From Macrostomum lignano (taxonomy: Eukaryota), in NCBI GenBank assembly GCA_002269645.1, contig NIVC01000246.1:1-64000 (forward strand): a DNA stretch of 64,000 bases, given 5' to 3'. The position numbers were made by a program, and so were the translations under genes. Below are positions 41,552 through 53,466 of the stretch, one piece after another. The notes under the pieces are model-generated. The model saw nothing but the letters and a program-made list of their open reading frames with translations. It ran no database searches and had not been told where the DNA came from. The first letter of the stretch is position 1, and every line of letters starts with the position of its first letter.

Positions 41552-43579
41552 GAGGCAGCTTCTGTCGGCCAGTTCGACAACGCACCGGACGACAATTCGT
41601 CAGCTGCTGCGTCTGCGAATTCAGCCGCCAATTCCACCGCATTCTACCGGTCCTACAGCCGGCCAGCCTGGTACGAGTCCATCGAAGCAAGCGAAGCCTC
41701 TCAATGGCCTCCGTGGCAGCTGCTCGGTCTGGCCGCACAGCGCGTCGTATTTCCCCGTCGGCCCTGCTTCCAGCCAGTCGGAGGCGGCGATGATCGCGAC
41801 CGAGTCGAATCGTCGACGTCGCTAACTGTAAGCTTCTCGCCGCCGCTGTACAAGCAGCGATACACGGCCGCGTTCGACCTGCTAGTGGAGCGGTTCGGCA
41901 ACGACAGCAGGCGGCCCGGCGTGATCAAACTGATCGACCTTGGCGCCGCCGAGTGCCGCCTGTTTTCTCAATCGTTGAAGTTTCTCCGATTCGATGTCGA
42001 TTATCTGGCAGTCGACTACGTCGCCGAACAGGACCCGGTGATGCTGGAAGCGGCCAGGCAGAGTCTGGCGCCGACTGTCGGCGACTACATGAAGAAGCGG
42101 AGCCGGCCAATGCGCGCCAGGCTGCTGGCCGGCTGCGCCACCGAGCCAGATGCTAGGCTTGCCGGCGCCGACGCCGCTCTGCTAGTGGAAATGATCGAAC
42201 ACCTGCCGCTTGACCAGCTGGCCAGGCTGCCCGGCCACCTGTTTGGCCAGCTGAGGCCCGGCCTGGTTGTTGTCACCACTCCCAATGCCGAGTTCAATAC
42301 CTGCTTCGGGCCGCGCTTTCCTGGCCTGCGGCATCATGATCACAAATTCGAATGGACTCGGGCTCAGTTCCAGGCCTGGTCGCAGTCCATCGCCCGCCGG
42401 TACGGCTACGCTGTTCGATTCACTGGCGTTGGCGACGCGCCCGACGGCCTGAAGATGATTGGCCACTGCTCGCAGATTGCCGTATTTACCTTGTTGCCAG
42501 GGCCTGTCACTAAACGTATTGAGACTTCCGGTGACGTCACTAATCATACTGTTGCTTCCGGTGACGACACTAATCATACTGTTGCTTTCGGTGACGTCAC
42601 TAATCATACTGTTGCTTCCGGTGACGTCACTAATCATACTGTTGCTTCTGGTGACGTCACTAATCATGCTGTTGCTTCCGGTGACGTCACTAATCATGCT
42701 GTTGCTTCTGGTGACGTCACTAATCATACTGTTGCTTCCGGTGACGTCACTAATCATACTGTTGCTTCCGGTGACATCACTAATCATACTGTTGCTTCCG
42801 GTGACATCACTAATCATACTGTTGCTTCCGGTGACGTCACTAATCATACTGTTGCTTCCGGTGACGTCACTAATCATACTGTTGCTTCCGGTGACGTCAC
42901 TAATCATACTGTTTCTTCCGGTGACATCACTAATCGTACTGGGACTTCCTATGACGTCACTAATCATATTGGTGCTTCCGTTGATATCCCTACGAGCTAT
43001 ACTGGTACTTCCGGTGACGTCACAAATCCTAGTGATACTTCTGGTCACGCTATAAGCCGCGCATTTGTTCCAAATGACACTGTCAGCGACTATTCAACAG
43101 CCGAGCCATATAAGGAAGTATTAAAATTTGAGTTCCCATGGCAAACGGAGTTGCCGCGCGACGAGCACCTGGCCCAGGAGGCGGTCAGATGCGCCCGAAC
43201 CAGCCTGCTGTTTGAACGGCATCGCCGGAGCACGGCCGAAGTGCCCGATTCAGATGACAGCAACAGCGATGATCCTTATGGAGACCTGGTGCGCCTGCCC
43301 ATCAGCCGCCTGTGCAACTACGTCGTGCTGAAGTCGCTGAGTGCCACCCCTGATGAGGTGGCCGACGCCCTAATCGCCGCCGGACTGCGGCTTAGCGGCG
43401 ATCGACAATTCCTGATCGGCCTGCCCGAGGACGAAGAGTCGAGCAGCGGCCGCGACCGGCACTACTCCAGCGACGATGAGGATGGCGGCGAGGCCGAGAC
43501 CGATGGCCAAGATGAGGCTGATGATGAAGGACCCGCGCTGCTGTGGCCGTGGAACTCCGGAGCCGATACTGGCTGCTGA
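41552..43579 (+). CDS. HENMT1: Small RNA 2'-O-methyltransferase HEN1/HENMT1, main exon
   Basis: Open from acceptor ttcacacag. FSPPLYKQRY (FxPP motif), LIDLGAAEC (SAM-binding motif I), EMIEHL (metal-binding ExxEH), TTPNAEFN, LRHHDHKFEWTRAQFQAW, GHCSQIAVF and YKEVLKFEFP are the Hen1 signature motifs. Confidence 0.95.
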   Translation, partial: EAASVGQFDNAPDDNSSAAASANSAANSTAFYRSYSRPAWYESIEASEASQWPPWQLLGLAAQRVVFPRRPCFQPVGGGDDRDRVESSTSLTVSFSPPLYKQRYTAAFDLLVERFGNDSRRPGVIKLIDLGAAECRLFSQSLKFLRFDVDYLAVDYVAEQDPVMLEAARQSLAPTVGDYMKKRSRPMRARLLAGCATEPDARLAGADAALLVEMIEHLPLDQLARLPGHLFGQLRPGLVVVTTPNAEFNTCFGPRFPGLRHHDHKFEWTRAQFQAWSQSIARRYGYAVRFTGVGDAPDGLKMIGHCSQIAVFTLLPGPVTKRIETSGDVTNHTVASGDDTNHTVAFGDVTNHTVASGDVTNHTVASGDVTNHAVASGDVTNHAVASGDVTNHTVASGDVTNHTVASGDITNHTVASGDITNHTVASGDVTNHTVASGDVTNHTVASGDVTNHTVSSGDITNRTGTSYDVTNHIGASVDIPTSYTGTSGDVTNPSDTSGHAISRAFVPNDTVSDYSTAEPYKEVLKFEFPWQTELPRDEHLAQEAVRCARTSLLFERHRRSTAEVPDSDDSNSDDPYGDLVRLPISRLCNYVVLKSLSATPDEVADALIAAGLRLSGDRQFLIGLPEDEESSSGRDRHYSSDDEDGGEAETDGQDEADDEGPALLWPWNSGADTGC
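42525..43030 (+). repeat. 30-bp in-frame tandem repeat (TVASGDVTNH)n, about 15 good plus 2 degenerate units, inside the HENMT1 ORF
   Basis: Unit TAATCATACTGTTGCTTCCGGTGACGTCAC read directly. Confidence 0.97.
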
Positions 43580-44961
43580 TGAATAAATTCATTGAGTCAG
43601 AAGAAATATTTTTACGAGATTAGTCGGATCTTGAGTTGAAGATTTTAGCTTGGACATCAACAGGCTTGGAAATGCAGTTCACATTTCCTTTTAATTGTCA
43701 ACTGACCCATATTATCTCTCATACATGCGCAAACCCCCTGATTTACACTGGCCATGCGACTTACCTGGGAAGAAAATGCTCAGAAAATTAACGCAATTTT
43801 GAGTAAACGGCAGGAGTAACTATGACTGTATTTTTAAGGCTAAATGCTTCGTCATCTAATTACTACTACGTTTATTTCCTTGGGTGGGCATTTTTGCGAC
43901 TTACCCCTGGTCCACCTCAATTTACGTTGGCCGGATTGGCCAGGTCAGCCAGCAGTTGCGCGTGTATGTTCCCTCATTACTAGTAATAAATAAGAATATT
44001 CAAATATTAAGTCACGTTATGATTGAAATCAGAAATAAAATTCTAGTAATAACTCAATTTTAGTGCCCGTGTTTTCATTCGCAGCTCTCGCTAAGTCGCC
44101 ATATTTTTTGCTGCAACTCAATTCTTTACTATTGCCTAATCCTATAGTTGTGACTCATATTTTTGAATTGTGATATCTCAAGGTGTGCGAAGAGAGGCGA
44201 AGATTCTGATGATGAAGTGGTTCTGGAACAGCTGCAGCTCTCTTTCCCTTTCACTCGCTGGGAGACTTTGTGATCGAAGTATTCTAGTTCTGGCTCTGGC
44301 CATTGCCCCATCACATTTTTTCGGCACTCTCCCCTCCCCTCTCCGCCACGCTCTTGGCGCGCGTTTTTGGTTTCAGTCTTTTCGCAGATGCCATCCAATT
44401 GTGAGGATTTACAGTGTTGAGGAGCTCCTCCCACTCTTGATTCTCCCATAGTCTGCATCCAGCTGCCTTTCTCGTCACTCTTGATCCTCAACTTCATCCA
44501 CCTGGAATGGAGAGCGCAATGATGGATTTCAGCTGAATTGTACAGTAATCGTTTTTTTTCTTATTGCTCTGCTAGTTTTTTCGTGTTATTTTTTGGTTCG
44601 TGGTCCATAACTTTTTTGTTGCTGTCCAAGTCTCTCTTGATAAGTCAATGTCTGTTGCAATTGCAGTCTATCCTCCTGCCACTGTAATTCTTTTTTTTAT
44701 ATTTGTTCCCCTAGTTGTTTATGCTATACCTTCTGTCTCTCTATTGCATGCGTTTGTGCTCAAAGCTCGGTTCATTCGGTGACTTGAATTAAACAAACAC
44801 GTCACTTGATGCATTTTTATTTGCTAGCTTTAACAAAGTTACTACTAAAAGAATTGTTTCTTTATGTTAGTGAAAAAGCAATGAATCAAAATGCAATGCT
44901 TGTATTGTTTGAATTTCGTTTCGATTTCAGCATCCCAGATGCAGAGTAGCTTAACGCTTAA

Positions 44962-45150
44962 GGGGGGCGTAGCCCAGCGGTCTATCGCAACGCTCTGATG
45001 TGCCAGCGGCCCAGGCTCGATTCCAAGTGCAGTCACGTTAATTTGGGGCTGAATTGGAATCTCGGCTTGGCTCTGCTCGTGCAATTAACGGCCTTTAGGG
45101 CCAAACCCCAAGGCACAGTGAAGTGTACATGCCTAACGATAAATAAAGTT
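44962..45150 (+). mobile_element. tRNA-derived SINE-like element (or tRNA pseudogene)
   Basis: G-rich start, A box TAGCCCAGCGG (44970-44980) and B box GGCTCGATTCC (45014-45024) at tRNA-like spacing; no clean acceptor stem; body ends near AATAAA. The 3' boundary is uncertain. Confidence 0.45.
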
Positions 45151-47099
45151 AGGGCCGCTGTACACTCCTGTGTGAGTGTGTGCCTGTTCGTGTGACTGCG
45201 TACGTATCCGCGCGCTTGTGTGCCTGCTCAGGGGAGTCGGCGGAATGGGCAGTAATGCCTCTCGCCGGCCCCTTCCCGGGTGCTGCACTGCAGTGAGAGC
45301 CGCTGTCCCTTCCCGGAATCCCGGGGGCTGTGTGACCCTTTGTTATTGTTTAAATTGCCGTTGCGTGTTAATGTCCAAAATGACATTAACGCGCATCCCA
45401 CGCGCGTGTTATTGTCACCAAAAGTGCATAGCAATGTCGCTCAAAGTGCGCCAGGGTGCGCACAGCCTAATGCTTCTTACTAAACTAATATCATGACATT
45501 AATTTTAGGGCTCTTGAACGAGAATTGGCCTGGGGCTTGTGCAGTGCTCAACCATGAGAGCCAGGTCCCTTGGCACAGAATGCAGGCCTGCCTGAGAAAT
45601 GTGAGTCTGCGTACGTACCCGGCTTAGCGGAATCGGCATGACTGCTCAACTAGCTAGCTGAATAAAGCATCGCGGGTCAATCGATGCAGGTTAAGTAGAT
45701 GATGAATATAGCTGTGCATGCAGGTGAGTCTGGCTTCATTAACTAAATGTTAGCTGACGGGCGCTGGCGCAATAGCCAGCACAGTGATAGCCATCTCTAT
45801 GCGTGGAGAGCTGAGCAGTTCTCCAGGCTGAAGACCTCCTCCATCCTTGAAATTCTCATTGCGCGATTGATTGGCATCTATTGTTTATCAGTTGGTGGCC
45901 GCACACGCGCAGTGGATAATTTTGTGCCTCTTCTATGACAGGCACCAATCGAATTATTCGGTTTTCAGAATGAGTTTATATTCTTATAATTTATTCGAAA
46001 AGATATTTGCAATCGGGTTAGTCTTATCTCATCAGCCAGTTTTGCAAGTTCCCTGCATTATTGGGATCGTTGGAATTCAGCAAATTCTTCCTTTGCAGAC
46101 TTTGTGCAATTGGAGCACCATATGAAGTCATGTCGGCTGGATAGATACAAGCTAGATAGATACATCGATTGATACACATTATTTGTCAAGAATTGTAACT
46201 TCAATGTAATGTCTCTACCGTTGGTATCTTCATAAATGTTTGTCTTCATGACCTTCAGCGTGATTTAAACACAAGGGAGAGATTTTAGTTTTACTAGGAG
46301 GATAAGAAAACAGAAAATTGTGCTTGGGGAGGGAAACCAATTCCCTTGCTTAGTAGCTCCCTGCTAATTACAGTCCCCATCAAAGACAGTGGGAATCCTT
46401 ATAGTTATGGCTAAGCAGGTTCATTGGTCTAGGACAATGGGCGATTATACATCTAGCATAAGCGGATACTGTAGTGATGGAGCATTAAATTATGAAGAAG
46501 TCTGCGGGCCGGCCGCTCGCACGTGTGCCCTGTGCCGCAGTGTCCAGTTATTAACCCAGCCGCTTTATCCATGCGTGGAGACCCCGGCAGCGGGGCTGCT
46601 GATAGCTCCGCTCATTCCCCGAGGCGGGGTCCTTAAGCTGCCTCAATGTAGGATGCGGGCGAGAGGCTGGACATTGGCAGTTTTTCATATTTTTTGCTCG
46701 CCGACCCCTCGGCCCCCCAGGCGAGAGCGGAGGCCACAAAGGCCGCCAGCCCTGATCCACCTGAGCCAATTAAACCGTGCTGTGCTGAGGCGGCGGTCCA
46801 CCAGTACGCCTCGGCGAATCCCCCTTCATCCTCCTGCTTGACCGGTCGCTCACTCTCGCTGCTACTCGTTGCTCCTCTATTGTTGGCCCGGGTTGGGCCA
46901 GCTTTCAAATTTGTTGCCAATTATTTGGTTGACTGCCCCCGCCTCGCTAGCTGCATGGCTTTGCTTTCTTTAATTATCCTTTGCGCTGTAATCCTCTTTA
47001 TTTTGGATTTTAAGTTGGCCTGCATCCTGGTAGTGTAATTAAATGCTAATTGTCCTCTTGTCAAAAGCTTTCTTTTCTTTTCGTCTGAACTTTTACCAT

Positions 47100-47673
<574 letters not shown>

Positions 47674-48779
47674 GGAAGCACAAAGCCAGCAAAGGAGCAA
47701 AGCAATTTGGTTTATAAAAAAGGATCGAGAGACCTCCGCAGCAATTTTCCAATTCGGCTACATTCGCAGATTATTGCAGGCAGCAGAAGTGAGAGGCGCT
47801 CCTTCCCTCTGGGTTTCCGTCTCCAAGATAAGGAGGCAGCAACCTGGCCAAAGCAATAATTCTTCTAATTTAAAGCAGTTCTCGCGAAGCCGAGAAGTTT
47901 TATGGCTGCAATGCAGTTTGGCTACATTTTGGATTTGTTTGCGTGTGTCATCCATCCGCTGCCGCTGCCGCCAAGCGGGCATGTGCGCAGTTCCTCCGTG
48001 TTCTCCCCGACCGCTCCTTGCTTTTGCTTTCGCTGAAAAAGAAGAGAAAATTCAGCGACAAGCAATACCAATTTTTTTATGTTTATTGCAATGACGGCGC
48101 TCTGGAGTGCGCCGCGCGTGCTTTATTATCTATTCTTCTAGCCGTATCTTTCGGGCAAATTGAATCGTAAGTGGCCGATTCATCGTCACCTTTTAAACCA
48201 GATCTTTCATCTTTTTTCTCTACCTAGAAGAAGCCGCAACAAAACGCACGCCTGTATGGAACTTATCCTCGGCCCCGATTTCCTGTCCCTCTTCCCGGTG
48301 GGTTGGGAGAAAATGTATCCAGAGCTGCAGCAGGGAGAAACACAATTATTTGCGCAGATTGCTCTCCCGGTACACGGCGGTCTAAACTGCCTGAAGCAAA
48401 CTGCAGTGAGGTGTGTTAGTGTAGGGTTCGGAATTCTTCGACAAAATGGCCGGCTAAGTGATAGTGGAGAGGCACAATTGAGAATTATTAAAGTTACCCG
48501 GGCTGGCTTAACCTTCTGCTACATCCGCTGCCGTGTGGGGAATGATTTACAACTCTTGTGTGTTCTTGGCAAGATGCTTTTCCTCTGTCGCCTCTGCAGG
48601 TCTACAGCGAATTCTTTGAGCGAGTGCAAGAATAGAGGAAGTTGGAATATAGAATGGCATTTAGTTTCTTCAATTAGTAAAGAAGAGAAGGACAAATAGG
48701 TTGGATAGAGAAGTAGGGAGACACGGATATAAGTAAGGAGAGGAGGTAGAGGTAGTTAGAAAGGCAAAAAATAGCTAGG

Positions 48780-49645
48780 TGTAGGAGGGGGACACGTAGC
48801 TATAGGTAGGAAAGGGAGAATTAGCTTAGGGTAGGAGGGGAGAAGTAGCTAAGGGATATGAGGGGAGAATTTGCTAGGGGATATGAGGGGAGAAATTGCT
48901 AGGGGTAGGAGGGGGAGAAGTAGCTAGGGGTAGGAGGGGGAGAAGTAGCTAAGGGATATGAAGGGAGAATTTGCTAGGAGTAGGAGGGAGAGAAGTAGCT
49001 AGGGGTAGGAGGGGAGAAGTAGCTAAGGGATATGAGGGGAGAAGTAGCTAGGGGTAGGAGGGGGAGAAGTAGCTATGGGTAGGAGGGGGAAAAGTAGCTA
49101 TGGGTAGGAGGGGGAGAAGTAGCTAAGGGTAGGAGGGGGAGAAGTAGCTATGGGTAGGAGGGGGAGAAGTAGCTAAGGATATGAGGGGAGAAGTAGCTAG
49201 GGGTAGGAGGGGGAGAAGTAGCTATGGGTAGGAGGGGGAAAAGTAGCTATGGGTAGGAAGGGGAGAAGTAGCTAAGGGTAGGAGGGGGAGAAGTAGCTAA
49301 AGGTAGGAGGGGGAGAAGTAGCTATGGGTAGGAGGGGGAAAAGTAGCTATGGGTAGGAGGGGGAGAAGTAGCTAAAGGTAGGAGGGGGAGAAGTAGCTAT
49401 GGGTAGGAGGGGGAAAAGTAGCTATGGGTAGGAGGGGGAGAAGTAGCTAAGGGTAGGAGGGGGAGAAGTAGCTATGGGTAGGAGGGGGAGTAGTAGCTAA
49501 GGGTAGGAGGGGGAGAAGTAGCTATGGGTAGGAGGGGGAGAAGTAGCTAAGGGTAGGAGGGGAGAAGTAGCTATGGGTAGGAGGGGGAGAAGTAGCTAAG
49601 GGTAGGAGGGGGAGAAGTAGCTATGGGTAGGAGAGGGAGAAGTAG
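48780..49645 (+). repeat. About 25-bp G-rich minisatellite GGGTAGGAGGGGGAGAAGTAGCTA(T/A)
   Basis: Direct reading; two G3+ tracts per unit. Confidence 0.93.
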
Positions 49646-50419
49646 CCAGATAGCATGGTTAATATAGGCTAAGATAGCATGGAGAGAGGGTAAATGACAA
49701 TGAATAAATGTTAGAGAGGGCTGAGGCTCCTGTGTGTGAGAGCAGATGTTTGGTTTCCAGCAACATAGCAGACTAAATGAAATTATGAAATCTAAATGCA
49801 GTTGCTTTTTACAAACGAAACTAGAAACGCCTGGGATGTAGCGAACAATTAATAGCTTCCCGTTTTTATCTCTGAAACACCGACTTGAGGTGTGGGGCGG
49901 TGTTTCTCCAGCTAAAATTTCAATTTTTAGTTGCTAAGCCGGTTGCGCAGAAATGACTTGACTGTGTATCATCTCAGGGGACTGAGCAGCGAGTATTGCA
50001 TTACCAGCTACAAAAAATTCAGTTGAATAAAAGAACTGAACTCGTGAGCTTGTGTTTCAGAGTTTTGCAACTCTGGGGCTGAATTGCCTTTTTCCACGAC
50101 AAATAAAACTGAGTGGAGCTTCTTTTGCTACAACTGAGTGTACAAGAGGAGCTTAAGGTGCCAGCGTTCTCTTGGGAGATTTCCAACTGCACCGCCATAG
50201 CAACTGTATCTAGAGCCTCTTTATGTAGCGACTTATCCACAATTAGTATGCGAGACTGTCGCATTCCTTCCTTCTTTCCTGGCACTTTTTATGGTACATA
50301 GATGCCACTGGCATTCTGAATTTGGACCCGCGATGCCAAAATGTCATCAAGATTTCCTCGCCCAACCCCAACCCCCTTTCCCCTAGGGAACTTGGGATGG
50401 CGTACTCACTATAAATTGG

Positions 50420-51855
50420 TGCTAAAGTCTCACCTGACCTAAACTTGAATTGGCGCTAAAATCTCACCTGAACTGAATTGGCGCTAAAATCTCACCTGAG
50501 CTAAATTGGCGCTAAAATCTCACCTGAACTGAATTATCGCTAAAATCTCACCTGAACTGAATTATCGCTAAAATCTCACCTGACCTAAACTTGAATTGGC
50601 GCTAAAATCTCACCTGACCTAAACTTGAATTGGCGCTAAAATCTCACCTGAACTGAATTGGCGCTAAAATCTCACCTGAACTAAATTGGCGCTAAAATCT
50701 CACCTGAACTGAATTATCGCTAAAATCTCACCTGAACTGAATTATCACTAAAATCTCACCTGAACTGAATTGGCGCTAAAATCTCACCTGAGCTAAAATT
50801 GAATTGGCGCTAAAATCTCACCTGACCTAAACTTGAAGTGGCGCTAAAATCTCACCTGAACTGAATTGGCGCTAAAATCTCACCTGAACTGAATTGGCGC
50901 TAAAATCTCACCTGAACTGAATTGGCGCTAAAATCTCACCTGAGCTAAACTTGAATTGGCGCTAAAATCTCACCTAACCTAAACTTGAATTGGCGCTAAA
51001 ATCTCACCTGAACTGAATTGGCGCTAAAATCTCACCTGAACTAAATTGGCGCTAAAATCTCACCTGAACTGAATTATCGCTAAAATCTCACCTGAACTGA
51101 ATTATCGCTAAAATCTCACCTGAACTGAATTGGCGCTAAAATCTCACCTGAGCTAAACTTGAATTGGCGCTAAAATCTCACCTGACCTAAACTTGAATTG
51201 GCGCTAAAATCTCACCTGAACTGAATTGGCGCTAAAATCTCACCTGAACTAAATTGGCGCTAAAATCTCACCTGAACTGAATTATCGCTAAAATCTCACC
51301 TGAACTGAATTGGCGCTAAAATCTCACCTAAACTTGAATTGGCGCTAAAATCTCACCTGACCTAAACTTGAATTGGCGCTAAAATCTCACCTGAACTAAA
51401 TTGGCGCTAAAATCTCACCTGAACTGAATTGGCGCTAAAATCTCACCTGAGCTAAACTTGAATTGGCGCTAAAATCTCACCTGACCTAAAATTGAATTGG
51501 CGCTAAAATCTCATCTGAATTAAATTGGCGCTAAAATCTCACCTGAACTGAATTGGCGCTAAAATCTCACCTGAACTAAATTGGCGCTAAAATCTCACCT
51601 GAACTGAATTGGCGCTAAAATCTCACCTGAACTGAATTGGCGCTAAAATCTCACCTGAGCTAAACTTGAATTGGCGCTAAAATCTCACCTGAGCTAAACT
51701 TGAATTGGCGCTAAAATCTCACCTGACCTAAACTTGAATTGACGCTAAAATCTCACCTGACCTAAACTTGAATTGGCGCTAAAATCTCACCTGAACTGAA
51801 TTGGCGCTAAAATCTCACCTGAACTAAATTGGCGCTAAAATCTCACCTGAACTAA
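50420..51855 (+). repeat. Tandem array of core (A)TTGGCGCTAAAATCTCACCTG with a few alternating linkers (AACTGAA, AACTAAA, ACCTAAACTTGAA, AGCTAAACTTGAA), roughly 47 units
   Basis: Direct reading; linkers are reused rather than unique. Confidence 0.95.
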
Positions 51856-52356
51856 ATGATACGAGCTTCAAAGTACAATTGGAACTTTTAATCATCGAAT
51901 TTCTCTCTTTTAAAGTACAAATGCACTCTTCAAAGTTCATTTGTTTGTATTGCATGATGGGGCAGTGTGGCGAACCTGATGCAGTCAAGTGCGCAACACT
52001 CTAACAGATTTTAACCTTGGCCATTGCCACTTCACAGATTCTGACTGACAAGCAATTAACAGCCTTTGACTAATAGTGCATTTCTCAGATTGAAGTGCCA
52101 CTCGAGTGGACTCCAGTTTTTGTGTGTTAATTGACAAATTGTAAGTAAGTAGAAATATGGAGAATGGATTTCTCTAATGTTTACTGCTGTTGGCATGCTT
52201 TAACAAATTATAATTATCATTGGAACGCGTTCGAGTGCAGATTTGTTTTAACTTGACCTTCATCTAGTCCGCGCAGAGTTACGATTAACAATTTCATCAA
52301 TTGTGCTGACTAATTGATAAGCGAGCTGTTGGTGGCAGAATTCTCCGAGCTCAGCC

Positions 52357-52391
52357 AGCCAATCAGCGGCAGAGATGGCGGCTCATTGGAC
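52357..52391. promoter_or_regulatory. Two opposed CCAAT boxes in the GC-rich region upstream of the Bcl-2-family gene
   Basis: AGCCAATCAG (52357-52366) and CATTGG (~52384), about 320 nt before ATG 52697. Motif match only. Confidence 0.3.
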
Positions 52392-52696
52392 CGCTTTGCC
52401 AGGTTGAGGGGAGACAATGGGGCTGAGAGGCGCTTTGCTGATTGCTGCTCCTGCTGCTGCTGCTGCTCCTGGTAGGACGTGGCCGATTTTCGGGCGGAGG
52501 GCTGGGAGAGGCGCTGGGGTGGCTGCGAACCCCGCGGATTATCAATAAATATCCTGTGTCGGAAGGCTTTGAGCCTGGGACAGAGCCTGGAGTCGAGGCC
52601 AAACCAAATCAAGCAGACGGGTTCCATCCTTTTCTTGCTCAATATTTGAGCTCAAATCGGCTAAATTAGAGATACTCGAATACAGCGACTCACAGC

Positions 52697-53085
52697 ATGT
52701 CGTCCAACCGCGGTAACGGTGGCGGGAAGCCGCCCTCCTGTCTGCGCCTGCGGATTTCCGGCAACGGCGGAGGTGGCAGCGGCGACGGCGGCGGCAACGG
52801 CATTCCGAGGCCTCGCCGGCCGCCTCCACTCGAAGTGACTTTCACCGGGGTCGGGCCGGACCTGCTGCCCCGAGACGCTCGCCGCCAGCAGCCGTCAGAG
52901 GTGGTCGAGTCCGAGCCGCCGACGCTACCGCAGCTGGAGGTCGCCGATGTGACGTCGGCGGCGGCCAGAGACGGCGCCCGGCTGTTCAGCGACTTTGTGG
53001 CCCACGAGATTGAGCGGCTGCCGGACCGGCCGGCGGGACTGGCGGAGCGGCGAGCTGTCGAGCTCGTGACGATGCCGGATGCTGA
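52697..53085 (+). CDS. Bcl-2-family protein exon 1 (G/P-rich N-terminus and BH4-like helix)
   Basis: ATG 52697; ..AAARDGARLFSDFVAHEIERL..; donor GA|gtgagt at 53086, phase 2 matches the next exon. Confidence 0.75.
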
Positions 53086-53139
53086 GTGAGTTCTCTGGCT
53101 GAGGGAGAGAGGGATTTTTCAAGACCTCCAATCCTAATC

Positions 53140-53310
53140 ATCCCCAACCTCCCAACCCTAATCATCTTCCCCAAACCTAATCTTCCCCAACCCTAATCTT
53201 TCCCAACCCTAATCTTCCCCAAACCTAATCTTCCCCAACCCTAATCTTTCCCAACCCTAATCTTCCCCAACCCTAATCTTCCCCAACCCTAATCTTCCCC
53301 AACCCTAGTC
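53140..53310 (+). repeat. 16-bp repeat TTCCCCAACCCTAATC containing the telomeric hexamer (minus strand GATTAGGGTTGGGGAA), about 9 units
   Basis: Direct reading, in Bcl-2-family intron 1. Confidence 0.85.
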
Positions 53311-53344
53311 TTTCCTCACTCTCGCGGTTACCCTGGAATTCCAG

Positions 53345-53462
53345 GCCAGCGGCCGCGTCCGGACGAGAGCAGTGGCGCCGGGCCGGTCTGGTTCTGCGCG
53401 ACCTCGCCGAAGAGTTCAACCGGTCCCGCGAGCGGCAGCGCGTGCGCCAGCAGGCCAGACGG
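53345..53462 (+). CDS. Bcl-2-family protein exon 2 (BH3-like)
   Basis: Acceptor aattccag; EQWRRAGLVLRDLAEEFNRSRERQRVRQQARR; donor gtgagt at 53463, phase 0. Confidence 0.8.
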
Positions 53463-53466
53463 GTGA

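Noticed and set aside
42182-43055. Antisense 288-aa and alternative-frame 198-aa ORFs over the HENMT1 repeat
   Set aside because: Shadow frames of the 30-bp repeat; only the HEN1 frame has conserved motifs.
48160-48699. 179-aa ORF; similarly 44129..44497, 46389..47038, 52310..52642 and 58856..59143
   Set aside because: No recognisable domains, non-ATG or weak starts, and no consistent splice chain.
50420-51855. CRISPR-like appearance (constant core with variable linkers), also considered for 14140-14400 and 17067-21980
   Set aside because: Linkers are short and reused, not unique 25-45-nt spacers; no cas genes; eukaryotic intron-exon context.
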